IMG/VR virus record: IMGVR_UViG_3300025018_000113
Location: 1-64,000 of that record
Length of the DNA stretch: 64,000 nucleotides
Origin: a virus
Strand: one strand, 5' to 3'
Shown: positions 17,725 to 28,565 of the stretch, one piece after another
Layout: every line of letters starts with the position of its first letter
Numbering within the stretch: the first letter of the stretch is position 1
Program-made: the position numbers and the translations under genes
The notes under the pieces: generated by a model
Told to the model about the DNA's origin: nothing
What the model saw: the letters and a program-made list of their open reading frames with translations, nothing else
The model's database searches: none

Positions 17725-19507
17725 AGTTCTGTCATTATTTGACGGACTATCAGGTGGACAAATTGCACTTAAAAAGCTTGGAATAAAAGTTTCACATTAT
17801 TATGCTTCTGAAATAGATAAGTATGCAATTCAGGTGGCACAAAATAATTTCCCAAACACAATTCAAGTTGGTGATGTTCAAAAATTAAAAGCAAAACAGT
17901 TCCCAGAAATTGATTTGTTTATTGGTGGTTCACCGTGCCAAAATTTTTCATTTGCAGGAAAGCAAGAAGGAATGGCTGGTAAGAAAGGAAAGAAGACAGT
18001 TGAAATTCTTACCTTAAAAAAATATTTGAAGTTGAAGAAACAGGGATTTGAATTTGAAGGTGAATCATTTTTGTTTTGGGAATATGTGCGTTTGTGGAAA
18101 AAAATTAAGCCTAAGTATTTCTTACTAGAAAACGTGATGATGTCTGAAAAGTGGCAAACCATTATCACAAAAGCACTTGGTGTTGAACCAATTGAAATAA
18201 ATTCAGCACTTCTTTCAGGTCAAAACAGAAGAAGACTTTATTGGACAAACATTCCAAACATAGTTCAACCAAAAGATAAGGGAATCATGTTGAAAGACGT
18301 TCTTTTGACTGATGGTGAACCAGTTTGTTGTAGTTCAAGTGGACGTGGTGGCGGTGTTGTTGAAGCAAGAATGTCTTCAAACAAGAAAGCGCACACAATG
18401 ACAAAAGCTGGTTATTCATCAAGGTCTTTTTCAGGTGTGATTGAAAAACTTGTTCATACTGACAAAGCACTTGATTACATGGATAAGAAAACAAAAGGTG
18501 GAAGAACACACTGGGAATTTTACCTTCACAATGAAAGTGATTTTGAAAAGTCACGTGCATTGACGGCAAATTTAAGAAAGGGTGTTCCTTACAATGTCTT
18601 AGTGGACAAAAGGCTAATTCTAAAAAACACTTTTGGAATTAAGACAAGAAAAGGTTATGTTGTAAGAAAGTTTCACCCGATAGAATGTGAACGGCTTCAA
18701 ACTGTTCCAATGGTGGGAAAACAGATAAGGATTGAATCATGCTTAGACCAAGCAAAGAACTTTGTGGATGCGGTAAACAGAAATCACAAATTGCAAAAAC
18801 TTGTTTCGAGTGTAGAAGGAAAACGGTTACAAGAATATGTAAAGTTTGCGTTCACAGCTACACAACAAAACCAAGTAAAAACAAAATCTACTGTTCAGCA
18901 AAATGTAGATATGCTGACACAGAAAGAAATAAAGAAATGCACAAAGTACAATCAGCAAGGTCAAAATATAAATGCAAAATTTGCAAAAAGGAACAAGACG
19001 TTCAAAAATCAAAAAAACGTGGTGGCTTCTGTTCACTCAAATGTTTTTATAAACATAATAGAGGGGAAAATAGTAAACTTTGGCAAGGTGGAATTTCAAC
19101 AGAACGACAAAAGTTTGCTGTCACTGTTGAATGGAAAAATTGCGTTAAGTTCATTTGGAAGCGTGATAAAGGAATGTGTAGAAGGTGCGGAACAGGTTTT
19201 AGAGAAATTAAAAATCAACAATTCCACATTCATCACATCATCCCATTTAAGTATAAACAATATAGAACAACTAATAGTAATTTGCTATTACTTTGCAGAA
19301 AATGTCATCAGTGGGTTCATTCCAAAGAAAACACAGAAAAACAGTTTATTGCTGAACCTTTTTGATGGTTACACAGCATCAGTGAGTGATTCACAACGCT
19401 ACAAAATGCTTGGAAATGGTTGGACAATTGATGTTATTGCACATATTTTTAAGAACCTTCCTTTTTATGAAAGAAAAAGTAAAAAGAAGTTGGTGAAAAG
19501 GTGTTGA
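17699..19507 (+). CDS. C5 DNA cytosine methyltransferase carrying a 218-aa in-frame insertion
   Basis: LSLFDGLSGG, EID, GGSPCQ, LENV, QNRRRLYW, HPIECERLQTVP, then after the insert DGYT...QRYKMLGNGW. Confidence 0.9.
   Translation: MKQKQRGLKVLSLFDGLSGGQIALKKLGIKVSHYYASEIDKYAIQVAQNNFPNTIQVGDVQKLKAKQFPEIDLFIGGSPCQNFSFAGKQEGMAGKKGKKTVEILTLKKYLKLKKQGFEFEGESFLFWEYVRLWKKIKPKYFLLENVMMSEKWQTIITKALGVEPIEINSALLSGQNRRRLYWTNIPNIVQPKDKGIMLKDVLLTDGEPVCCSSSGRGGGVVEARMSSNKKAHTMTKAGYSSRSFSGVIEKLVHTDKALDYMDKKTKGGRTHWEFYLHNESDFEKSRALTANLRKGVPYNVLVDKRLILKNTFGIKTRKGYVVRKFHPIECERLQTVPMVGKQIRIESCLDQAKNFVDAVNRNHKLQKLVSSVEGKRLQEYVKFAFTATQQNQVKTKSTVQQNVDMLTQKEIKKCTKYNQQGQNINAKFAKRNKTFKNQKNVVASVHSNVFINIIEGKIVNFGKVEFQQNDKSLLSLLNGKIALSSFGSVIKECVEGAEQVLEKLKINNSTFITSSHLSINNIEQLIVICYYFAENVISGFIPKKTQKNSLLLNLFDGYTASVSDSQRYKMLGNGWTIDVIAHIFKNLPFYERKSKKKLVKRC
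18739..19365 (+). CDS. HNH homing endonuclease nested out of frame in the methyltransferase gene
   Basis: Repeated CxxC/CSxKC zinc motifs, RGENSKLWQGG, RDKGMCRRCG, HIHHI...NLLLLCRKCHQWVH; own RBS (TAAGGA) before the ATG. Confidence 0.92.
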   Translation: MLRPSKELCGCGKQKSQIAKTCFECRRKTVTRICKVCVHSYTTKPSKNKIYCSAKCRYADTERNKEMHKVQSARSKYKCKICKKEQDVQKSKKRGGFCSLKCFYKHNRGENSKLWQGGISTERQKFAVTVEWKNCVKFIWKRDKGMCRRCGTGFREIKNQQFHIHHIIPFKYKQYRTTNSNLLLLCRKCHQWVHSKENTEKQFIAEPF

Positions 19508-20139
19508 TGATGGGAATAAAAAAAAGTAAAAATAAGAAAAAGAAATTAGTTAAGCTTGTGGCTGGTTTAGACCCAGGCAAAGATGGTGCTTTGGTGTTGT
19601 TGAAGAAAGGTCAAATTTTCAAAATGTTTGTTGTTCCAAAATTAGAGGGGAACAGAAAGACATCAGAACCAGACTGGCATAAATTTGATGATATTTTCAA
19701 AGAATACAAAGACAGAATTGAACACGTGTTCCTTGAAAAGCCAAACACGGGTGGTGCATTTGCTGGAAGAACGCAATCATTAAAGCTTGGGGAATCACTT
19801 GGAATATTCAAAACCATGTTGATTGCAAATGAACTTAGATTCACAATGCTTGCACCGACTTCATGGCAAAAGGTTATGTTTCAGGGTGTTTCAGTTATTG
19901 AACACGCAAAAGCAGAAAGTAAAGAAGAAAAAGAAAAACGAACTAAGGGCAAGAAGAAGAAACCAGCACCAAAAGTGAAAGACAATAAGGCAATGGCACT
20001 TGAAGCATCAAAAAGGCTATTCCCAAAAGTTTCCTTTGTTCCAGAAGGTTCAAGGAAACCACATGATGGTTTGGTTGATGCGGCTTTGATTGCGCTTTAT
20101 GGACATTGGCAAATAAACGGGGAAAATAAAAATGTTTGA
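19501..20139 (+). CDS. RuvC-like Holliday junction resolvase
   Basis: AGLDPGKDGA, VFLEKP, PTSWQK, HDGLVDAALIA. Confidence 0.85.
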   Translation: MLMMGIKKSKNKKKKLVKLVAGLDPGKDGALVLLKKGQIFKMFVVPKLEGNRKTSEPDWHKFDDIFKEYKDRIEHVFLEKPNTGGAFAGRTQSLKLGESLGIFKTMLIANELRFTMLAPTSWQKVMFQGVSVIEHAKAESKEEKEKRTKGKKKKPAPKVKDNKAMALEASKRLFPKVSFVPEGSRKPHDGLVDAALIALYGHWQINGENKNV

Positions 20140-20536
20140 ACGGAACGGGAATGATGTTTCAGTTGTTGCAACACAAGTGACTGGCCATGTGATTTATGTG
20201 AAACATGACTATGGCTTCATTAGACCAGACAATAAAAGCTTTGATGATGTTTTCTTTCATGTCAGGGATGTAGAACCGTGGCGTGAAGGTTTCAAACACC
20301 TTGTTGGGCGAAAAGAAGAAAAGCGTCTTCAAAAAGATGATGGAACAACAGTTGTGGTTCCACATTTCCCAGGCGAACAAGTTGTGTTTGACATTAAAGA
20401 AAGTGGCAAAATGGTCACTGACAGATTTGGGGCCACAAAGAAAGGTTACAAAGCTGTGAACATTGAATTGATTACTGAATACAAATCAGAAGTCATTGAA
20501 GGTAAGGAAAAGAAACCATCATGGGACAAATACTAG
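20132..20536 (+). CDS. Cold-shock-domain (OB-fold) protein
   Basis: RNP1-like YGFIRPD, RNP2-like DVFFH, GEQVVF, KAVNI. Confidence 0.8.
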   Translation: MFERNGNDVSVVATQVTGHVIYVKHDYGFIRPDNKSFDDVFFHVRDVEPWREGFKHLVGRKEEKRLQKDDGTTVVVPHFPGEQVVFDIKESGKMVTDRFGATKKGYKAVNIELITEYKSEVIEGKEKKPSWDKY

Positions 20537-20553
20537 ATATAAGGGACAAAATT

Positions 20554-20856
20554 ATGGCAAGAATTGTTGAAGAAAATGCGGTTCAATTTATTCCAATTGG
20601 TGACAGTGGAAACAACTATGTCATCACACTTTCAAAAAATGCTTTGATTGCAATTAGGGAAGGAAAGTCATTCCCAATTGAGTTGTTGGCTGGTGACAAA
20701 AAGAAAACTTTTGTAATTATGCGTGACACTTCTTTTAAGGCCAAGATGCACTTACACAATAAGATTGCGAATCAGGCAAAAGAATCAGTTCAGTCAAGAA
20801 TAGAAATTGAACGTGAAACACAGAAAACAATTGAAGGTTTAGATTTTAATAACTGA
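20554..20856 (+). CDS. Hypothetical protein
   Basis: ORF with RBS-supported ATG at 20554. Confidence 0.65.
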   Translation: MARIVEENAVQFIPIGDSGNNYVITLSKNALIAIREGKSFPIELLAGDKKKTFVIMRDTSFKAKMHLHNKIANQAKESVQSRIEIERETQKTIEGLDFNN

Positions 20857-20923
20857 TTTGACATTCTGGCTTAAACAGTAACATAATATGTTATACTTTT
20901 GTGATAACAAGTGGGCCAAGAAA

Positions 20924-21136
20924 ATGTCAAAAAGAAAAGATAAGGTTTTTTCAGTTTCCATGATGGAAGGTGAAGTCAATGAAATTGAAAACTACATTGC
21001 TGAATTAGAGAAAGAACATGGCTTTTCAATTTCAAGAAATGAACTTGTAAGACGTGCGACACTTGCCCACATTAGATTCATGCAAGCTGATGACAGCAAT
21101 TATGCTGAAATATTCAAAAAGGTGGGCAAGAAATGA
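20924..21136 (+). CDS. Ribbon-helix-helix (CopG/Arc-like) DNA-binding protein
   Basis: KVFSVSM strand followed by helix and ISRNELVRRA; TTGACA (20858) and CATAAT (20882) upstream. Confidence 0.65.
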   Translation: MSKRKDKVFSVSMMEGEVNEIENYIAELEKEHGFSISRNELVRRATLAHIRFMQADDSNYAEIFKKVGKK

Positions 21137-23757
21137 AGGCGCAAGGAAGCAACCAGAAGAAACAAAAGAAGATTGTTCCAGTTGGTCAAATGACAGAAAC
21201 GACACTTTACTTGGGACTTGATGACAAAAGGCTTTACAGAAAACGTGGCGAACGGTTGGAAGTGATGGATGGGCCAGGCCAATGGGTGGAAGTAAAAGTT
21301 TCATTTGGCTTTTTGGAACATAAGAAGTTTAGGGAATATTAAAATGAAAAACACAGTGAAAGAAGAAAAGCACGGGATTCTTTGTTGCATAAATTGCATC
21401 GGGATGAACCCTGATGAACCAGTGACAATGCTTGAAGCTATGAATCGGATTTACAACCCACAAAAAGTTGTGGCCGCAAAGTTGTTGTCATTTGAAAAGA
21501 AAAGGTTGCTGTTATATCCAAACAAGACTTGTATGTTGTGCGGAACAACCTATGATGAAGCTGGAAACCCTGATGAAACATGGGAAAGAACAGCAAGACG
21601 TGTGAAATATGAATTTGAAAATGCTGGTGTTCACGGTGTTTCTGATTCTGACATCAAACGTGTTGTGGCAACGTGTAGGCAATCGTGGAAGCTTCTTTGG
21701 AAGAATAGGGCAACAATCAAGCCTTCTGATGCTGAAAAGATGACATTTGCTGGAAGGCTTGCACTTATCATCACTCACGCACAAGAAGCACGTGAAAAGA
21801 GAAACACAATTGGTGGTGGTCAATCGCTAAACAAGGGGCTGACATTAAAATGAAAGTAACAGTTTTTGATTCATACGACAAAGAACGACTAAACCCAGTT
21901 GAACTTGATTTGAAAGAAGTCAAAAAAGATGCTTCATTCACGATGAACGATGTGACTTATGTTGTTCAGAAAGTATTCAAGAAGAGGGGCATTAAAGGGA
22001 AATGTGTTGAACTTAAAATGATTGCTTATAAAATTGCAAACACAACAACAACTTTTGCCCACAAGTGCATGGCCAAGAAAGGTCAAATGCAAAAGATAAA
22101 ACCAGAAACAAAAGATTTACTAATTCAGAAATATGGAAAACACACAGTTGATGCTTGGGAACAAGGAAGAAACAAAATGAAGTTTGGTTCACTTACTTCA
22201 ATTTGCCCTGATTGTGGTGTTGTATTCTACAAAGACAAAGTTGAACTTCCAGAAAAGATTGAAGTCACTTCAACACGTGGGAAGAAACAGCTTAAAAAAA
22301 GGAAGTAAGAAATGGCATCAAAAGATTTAGAAAAGGTTTTGAATCAATCAATAATAGTTGAAGACCATGATGTTGAATTCGATGAAAAAAGTGACACTTA
22401 CATGATTGATGTTGAAATCACAAGCATGAGGGATGACAGTGATTTGTCAGAATTCTTAAAGTTGAAGAATAAACTAAGGGCCAGCGTAAACATGGCATAC
22501 AGAATAAAAATAAATTTTAGTATGACAATTTAAGAAACAAGGTGGTGGTGAATGTATAATAGTGATGTGAAGAAAATTAGAATTAAGTGTTCGAGTAGGG
22601 AAAAAGATTCTTTGGAACAGCTTTTTCAGCAAATATTGAACATGACAGAAGAACAAATCAAAGAAAAATTTCCCCAATTGATGCCACATCAAGTAATGGA
22701 TGTGAAAGACGCATTGAATCGGGCAAACTTTTGATTTTTTCTGATTTTATGCGTACAATTTTAAGAATGGAACCACTTACAAAAGCAGAACTAATGAGAG
22801 TCAGAAAGGTCAATGAAATGAAGAAGGTTGCTTCATTGTCACCTGACTTTAAGTTTGCTTATTTCCCAGGTGGAAACCTTGTTTTGTTGAAGAAACATAA
22901 GAAGACAGGAACTTGGCTTGTGTTTGCAGAAACAGGAAGATGGTTTGATTTTGATGGGATAACTGAACAGTGACAACAAGAACATTCAAAGGTTTTAATA
23001 TTTGTGACAAACATGGAAACACCTATCATTGGCGTGATGGTTGTAAAAAGTGTCAGAAAGAAAGACCAATGAAGAAACTTGATGAAGTCTTGAAGCAAAT
23101 GCAAGAAGACGGTTTAATTCCAAAGGTTGATGGTGATGGTAAGAACAATAATGACAACAATTAGTCTTGCTTCTGGTCTTGCAATGCTGGCATGGTCACA
23201 AATTAGGGTGATTGCGCTTGAAATGCAAACAGCTGAACTAATGACAAGGCTTTCCAGCACAACATCATTGTGTTTGTTGAATAAGAAGCAAGAACAAGAA
23301 CTTTTGACAAAGAACAAGTGGCTTGAAGAACAGCTTGCTGTCTTTGAAACAAGTAGGCCTGGCCGTAAGAAGCATTTAGCACAACTTAAAAAATTATTAA
23401 AACAAAGGAACATTGAACATGGAATCGGTGGAAACTAAACCAGTCAGGCACTACATTATTTTAAGGAAACACCTTCTTTTTGGGTTGTGGTTTATTGCAA
23501 AAGAAATTGACTGTTCAGAAGAAGAAATGGTTCAATTTATGCAAGGGCAAGACCCAACAAGTGTGAAAGTGGTTGAAGGTGATTTTGTGAAGTTTAAGGT
23601 CACAACAGTCATCGACAATGAAACAAAAGAAGAAATTTTTAGAAAACATTCACAAGGAAGTGTGTTTGAAGCAAAAGCAACATCAAAAAAACCTTTGAAA
23701 AAGAAATTGAAGACAAAGGTTGAATCAACAGACAGCAACAACACAGTTGAAGCATAA
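21133..23757 (+). CDS. Cluster of about nine small hypothetical genes (21133, 21344, 21850, 22312, 22552, 22731, 22970, 23127, 23413)
   Basis: Tightly packed, often overlapping + strand ORFs; several have CxxC pairs. Confidence 0.6.
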
Positions 23758-23766
23758 GATGCACTT

Positions 23767-23803
23767 AGGAAGGTGGTGTGGAATCATGCCACCTTTCCTT
23801 TTT
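23767..23803 (+). terminator. Intrinsic terminator-like hairpin
   Basis: AGGAAGGTGGTGTG-GAAT-CATGCCACCTTTCCT followed by a T run. Confidence 0.65.
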
Positions 23804-23813
23804 AAGGATGAAT

Positions 23814-24083
23814 ATGAAATTTGAACCATTGAACAAAAACATTTTAATTGAACGTGATAAGCAAGAAGAAAAGACAGCTGGTGGGATTATTCTTCCAGAC
23901 AGTATGAAAGGCGAAAAGCCACAAGAAGGAATTGTTGTTGCAGTAAGTGAAACACTTGATTCTAAAATTCAAGTGGGCAATAAAGTCATGTTTGGAAAGT
24001 ATGCTGGAAGTGAAGTCACTTTTTCAGGAAAAGATTACTTACTAATGAATGAATCTGATGTTCTTGGAATCATCAGGGAATAA
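23814..24083 (+). CDS. groES: GroES co-chaperonin
   Basis: FEPLNKNILI, EEKTAGGIILPDS, GIVVAV, KYAGSEV, ESDVLGI. Confidence 0.95.
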   Translation: MKFEPLNKNILIERDKQEEKTAGGIILPDSMKGEKPQEGIVVAVSETLDSKIQVGNKVMFGKYAGSEVTFSGKDYLLMNESDVLGIIRE

Positions 24084-24106
24084 ATACAAGACAGGGAGCG
24101 TGGAAG

Positions 24107-24460
24107 ATGACAGGAAGTGAATTTGTTCAGTTTCATTTAGAAGCTGTGACAAGAATGAATGAAACAGTAAAAAAGAAAAATCACGATTACACAGGTGACA
24201 AAGGTGATGCCTTTGCAAACTTCAAAGTGGTTGAAGAAATGGGAATCTGTTCAACAGAACAAGGTTTCCTTACACGTATGATGGATAAGGTGATGCGTGT
24301 AAACACGTTTGTTCAGAAGGGAACCTTAAAGGTTGCTGATGAATCTGTTGAAGACACACTTCTTGATTTGGCCAATTATTCAATTCTGATGGTTGGTTAC
24401 ATTAAAGACAAAAAAGCAAAAGCACTTGCACTAGAAGCAAATCGGGTGAAAGCGCAATGA
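24107..24460 (+). CDS. DUF1599 / nucleotide-modification-associated all-alpha NTP-PPase-like protein
   Basis: KKNHDY, ANF, RMMDKVMR, ESVEDTLLDLANYS. Confidence 0.75.
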   Translation: MTGSEFVQFHLEAVTRMNETVKKKNHDYTGDKGDAFANFKVVEEMGICSTEQGFLTRMMDKVMRVNTFVQKGTLKVADESVEDTLLDLANYSILMVGYIKDKKAKALALEANRVKAQ

Positions 24461-26226
24461 AGATTCCATTTGAATTAAATGGGAAGGTGGTTCACATCAC
24501 GTTCAAAGAACTTTTGGCCCGTTTGTGGCCTTGGGGGAAATGGCACGTGGTGTGGAAGCACGTTCTTGATGGGGAACATTTAGGCAAAGAACCAGTTTCC
24601 AAGAAACACGCTGTTCAATGCTACAATATGCACAAAGATTTTGGCTTCATGAAAGTAGTCAGAATAAGAAAGGAAGGCGGTTTGTTTCATGGAATCGAAT
24701 ACACACCCAGAACAAGAAAGGGAAAAGCTGTTTGATAAGTTTCCTTGTCTTCAAATGCTGAAAGAAAGGCTGGTTGATTACGTTGACCCTATCACAAAGG
24801 AAAGGTGGACAGGTCACGTTGCAATGTACTACAAAGACACAGGAAGAATAAGAATTGATTGGGATAACGGGGCAACAACTTACCATGACTTCACAAGTGA
24901 TAGTAAATGGATTTTGAAGGTTGCAATAAAAAACAAAGGTGATGGTGAATGACACAACTTCAATTAAGTGAAAATTGGGCCAATACGTGGGCCAGGCAAA
25001 TGACAAGAACAGTTTTTGGGCAAGCACCAAAGAAAAAGATGGGTGATAGTGAATTCCAGAAGCATCTTGAAGCTTGCTGTCAGTACGGCTTTATTCAGGC
25101 CCTAGAACACTTAATTTTGGCCTTTGAAATCAATCCAGCTGAAACGGGTGAATTGGTCATTGGTGATGCACAAGTGATGCTTATGCGTGAATATAACCTT
25201 TTCAAGAAGAAACACCTTGGCAAGGTGCCAGACTGTTCAATTGAAGGCATTATGGAACGTGCAAAAGCTTTTAAGCAAAAGGTTGAAGATAAAACAAAAC
25301 AATCATGGCCTACCTTTCCAATCATGGAAGAACAGGGGCCAAAAGGACAAGAACATGGATGTCATACTTAGGGAAGATGAATTGAAAATTGCTGTTCAGC
25401 AATACTTACAACCTAAATTGAAATATCACAAAATTAAACAAGTGACTATCAGGGAAGTAAGAATTGACAATGCAAAAAGAATGGAAGTCATTGCTCAATT
25501 AGAAGAAATAAAAGAACAAGGGAATAAGTAATGTTTGGAGAAATGGCAAAACTTGCTGGTGAAGCAATTGGAACTGTTGCTGGAATTGCGATTGCACCAC
25601 TTTCAATTGCACTTAATTGTTCAAAGGAACTAATTCAAGAAGCAATAAAAGCTGGTTGTAAAACAGAAGAAGAAATCAGAAAATTTGTAATGGACAAGGA
25701 AGAATAAAATGAAACCACAACTTGGTGAACACTATCGTTCAGAAAAAACAAAAGTATTGATGACCATTACAGAAGTTGATGAAGAAATGGACAGAATAGG
25801 GTTTCAGGTTGCTGATTCTGGTTTCTTTGGTGCTGGTCAGCTTTCAATGTGGTCACATTTCAGTAAAGACATTGATGCAAAACTTATCACACCAGAACAG
25901 TTTCAAACTTATCTGAAAACTTACAAACAAGACATTGCTGAACAACAAAGAATTGAAGATGAAAGAAAGGTTGTTCACGTTGACTTCAAAAAAGGGAAAC
26001 AGTGATGCCTTTCTACACTTACAAAGAAAAAACTTATGAAGTTGTGAATGATGACATTCCAATGAAGCACCCAACAACAAGACAATGGGTGACAGCGGTT
26101 TGTTATGTTTCAGCATCGGGCCAACAGTACATAAGAGAAAAAGAAGATTTCCTTGAAAAGTTCAAAAAGGTTGAACAGCAAGAAGAATGGACTTTCTCAC
26201 TCCCAGAAGAACAGGTGATGGAATGA
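24457..26226 (+). CDS. Cluster of small hypothetical genes (24457, 24689, 24949, 25355, 25531-25707, 25709, 26002)
   Basis: Packed + strand ORFs; 25531..25707 (58 aa) is absent from the track and was read by hand. Confidence 0.6.
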
Positions 26227-26735
26227 AAACAAACATCATTCAAGAAGCTGAATGGTTTGCAAACAATGCGCACCGTGGACAGTTCAGAAAGTACACAAAT
26301 GAACCCTACATCAACCACCCAATGGCCGTTGCAGAAATCATCAAGTCATTAGGTTACAGTGAAGAAATTGTTTCAGCGGCCTTGCTTCATGATGTAGTTG
26401 AAGACTGTAATGTTCCCCTGGAAGAAATTAAATCAAGATTTGGTGAAAGGGTTGCTGATTTAGTTGAAATGGTCACTGATGTTTCAAAACATGAACATGG
26501 AAACCGTGCAATTAGAAAAGAAATAGACAAGAACCACATTGCACGTGCTGACCACTATGGAAAGACAATCAAGCTTGCTGATTTGATTCACAATACGATG
26601 TCAATAACAAAACATGACAAAAGCTTTGCAAAAATCTATTTACAGGAAAAAGAAAGATTACTTGAAGTCTTAGGTGAAGGAAACAAAACACTATTCACCA
26701 TAGCTTCATTGTTGGTGAAGGAAAATAAAACATGA
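26223..26735 (+). CDS. HD-domain (p)ppGpp hydrolase-like protein (SpoT HD / Mesh1 / SAH family)
   Basis: AHRGQFRK, EPYINHP, AALLHDVVED, V..VTD, IKLADLIHN. Confidence 0.88.
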   Translation: MKTNIIQEAEWFANNAHRGQFRKYTNEPYINHPMAVAEIIKSLGYSEEIVSAALLHDVVEDCNVPLEEIKSRFGERVADLVEMVTDVSKHEHGNRAIRKEIDKNHIARADHYGKTIKLADLIHNTMSITKHDKSFAKIYLQEKERLLEVLGEGNKTLFTIASLLVKENKT

Positions 26736-26822
26736 CAGCACTTAATTGTTTCTTAATTTATTTGGCGTTTGTTGCCTTTTTACTTGTTCTGAATTACAGG
26801 TTTTGGCAAACAATAGGAAAGG

Positions 26823-27997
26823 ATGAAAATGAGTATTACAACACAAATCAGGAACATTCAGAAAGAACACCAAACATTTCATAACAGCAACAAGCACAGA
26901 TTCAACTTTTCCAGAAAGTGTTCATGCTGTTCAAAAGAAATAAACCAAGATGAAATGACCTTCATCGGTGAAACATCAATTGGAATTTGGTTCAACTGTA
27001 ACCATTGCAATTCAACCATGGTTCAGAAAGCCGTTTCATGTTCAAAACATGAAATTCAAGTTCCAAAGTATGTTTTGAAGCAAAAACAAAGTGTGCATCA
27101 AGTGTGACACCTAGAAGGCGTAAGTGTGAGCGTGGAAACTTACACATTGAAATGAATAAAAAGATTTTCAAGGAAGAAGACAAACATGACAAGGAAGATG
27201 ACAGCACAACAGATAAGTGCCCGAAATAAAAAGAAAAATAACCATAAACTTACAAAGAAAAAACAACATGAAGAAGAAAGAAAATACATCGAAAAACCCA
27301 CTTTTTCAGCAATTTTCCCAACTGAATTAAAAGAACAGTATAAACTAGAAGAAACAGAAAGAGAAAAAACAATTAAGAAGTTTCAAAACATAGCAAAGGA
27401 ATTAAATGAAAAAGCAAAACAAAGACAATCAACCAACAGCACAACAACTGAAACAATTAGTGGAATCAGGACAGAACCTTCAACCCAACAAGAAGAACCA
27501 CGAACCCTTTTCAGAGATAACAAAGAAGAAGGATGAAAAAGAAGTCATCAACAATCAACTTTGGAAAAGACTAGAAGAACATAACAACACTATCAACAAC
27601 CTCCAAAAAGAAGTAAAAGAAAAGAATGACATTATTGAAGCAATCACTTTCCAAACATTACTTACCAAAGCTTACTACAATCAATTAGAACAACAACTTC
27701 AATTAAATAACAACTTGAAGAACAAACTTAACAACATCCAAAACATTACAGAATAAAATGGAAGAAATAAGAATTCTTTGCAGAAAATGCTTACAGTATA
27801 AACAACCATCCCAAACAAAGAAAGGTTGGACTAAATCAACATTAAAAGGAATATGTAAGAAGTGTAACAATATAAACACTAAACATTACAAACTTAACAA
27901 ACATACAATCCCAAAAAAGGAAGAAAAAGAAATCAATTCAACCAAGACATCAACACTATTCACTAATACTATTACATATACTAGAACAACATATTGA
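26823..27997 (+). CDS. Four small hypothetical ORFs (26823, 27186, 27406, 27758); two carry CxxC pairs
   Basis: ORFs in an A/C-rich, G-poor tract; coding status less certain. Confidence 0.4.
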
Positions 27998-28500
27998 CCA
28001 CAACATAACATCATTAAGTAGTAAGTGTGAGCTATAACAGTACATATAAACATTAGTATTGAATCAAGTATGCACCAAGTGTGAACATTACTGGCAAACA
28101 TACTTAACAATGTTTATTCTTCCAGTAAACTTACCAAAACATAACAAATAACAAACATTACATATCAAATGCCCCACTCAAGCGTGTTTATGTAAGAGGC
28201 CTTTTTTCTTATACTCCAACCATGTTCTTCTTGGCCCCTTCCAACTTACCTTTTCAGGATGGTTTCACGTGGTAAGTTTGCAACCTGTTTGAATGTTTCA
28301 TGTTCGTGGTTCCGTTTATGATTGTTTTCGGAACTTGCACACCAAACATGACAAGCTTATACACGCGGCCCCGAACATGAACGTCATGTTTCAAATGTAA
28401 AATCAAAGGGTTGGGTGGTATTCACGTGTTTTCAAGCACTTACGCTTTTCACACTAGGCAAGGAAAACGCTAATTCGCAAGTTATTCACTTAAGGGGCGG

Positions 28501-28560
28501 TCATGAAATCATGGCAAATTTTTTTTACTTATTGCCAATCATGAAATCATGGTGTATTAA
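28501..28560 (+). promoter_or_regulatory. Sigma70-like promoter with duplicated operator-like TCATGAAATCATGG
   Basis: Repeat copies at 28501-28514 and 28539-28552; TTGCCA (28532) -17 nt- TATTAA (28555); ATG at 28566. Confidence 0.55.
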
Positions 28561-28565
28561 AACTT

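Noticed and set aside
18710-19363. Group I/II intron, intein or ribosomal bypass explanation for the MTase insert
   Set aside because: Only about 29 nt lie outside the HNH ORF. No U|...G| junction restores P-D-G-Y-T. There are no intein terminal residues, and no stop codon after a take-off site as in T4 gene 60. Not excluded experimentally.
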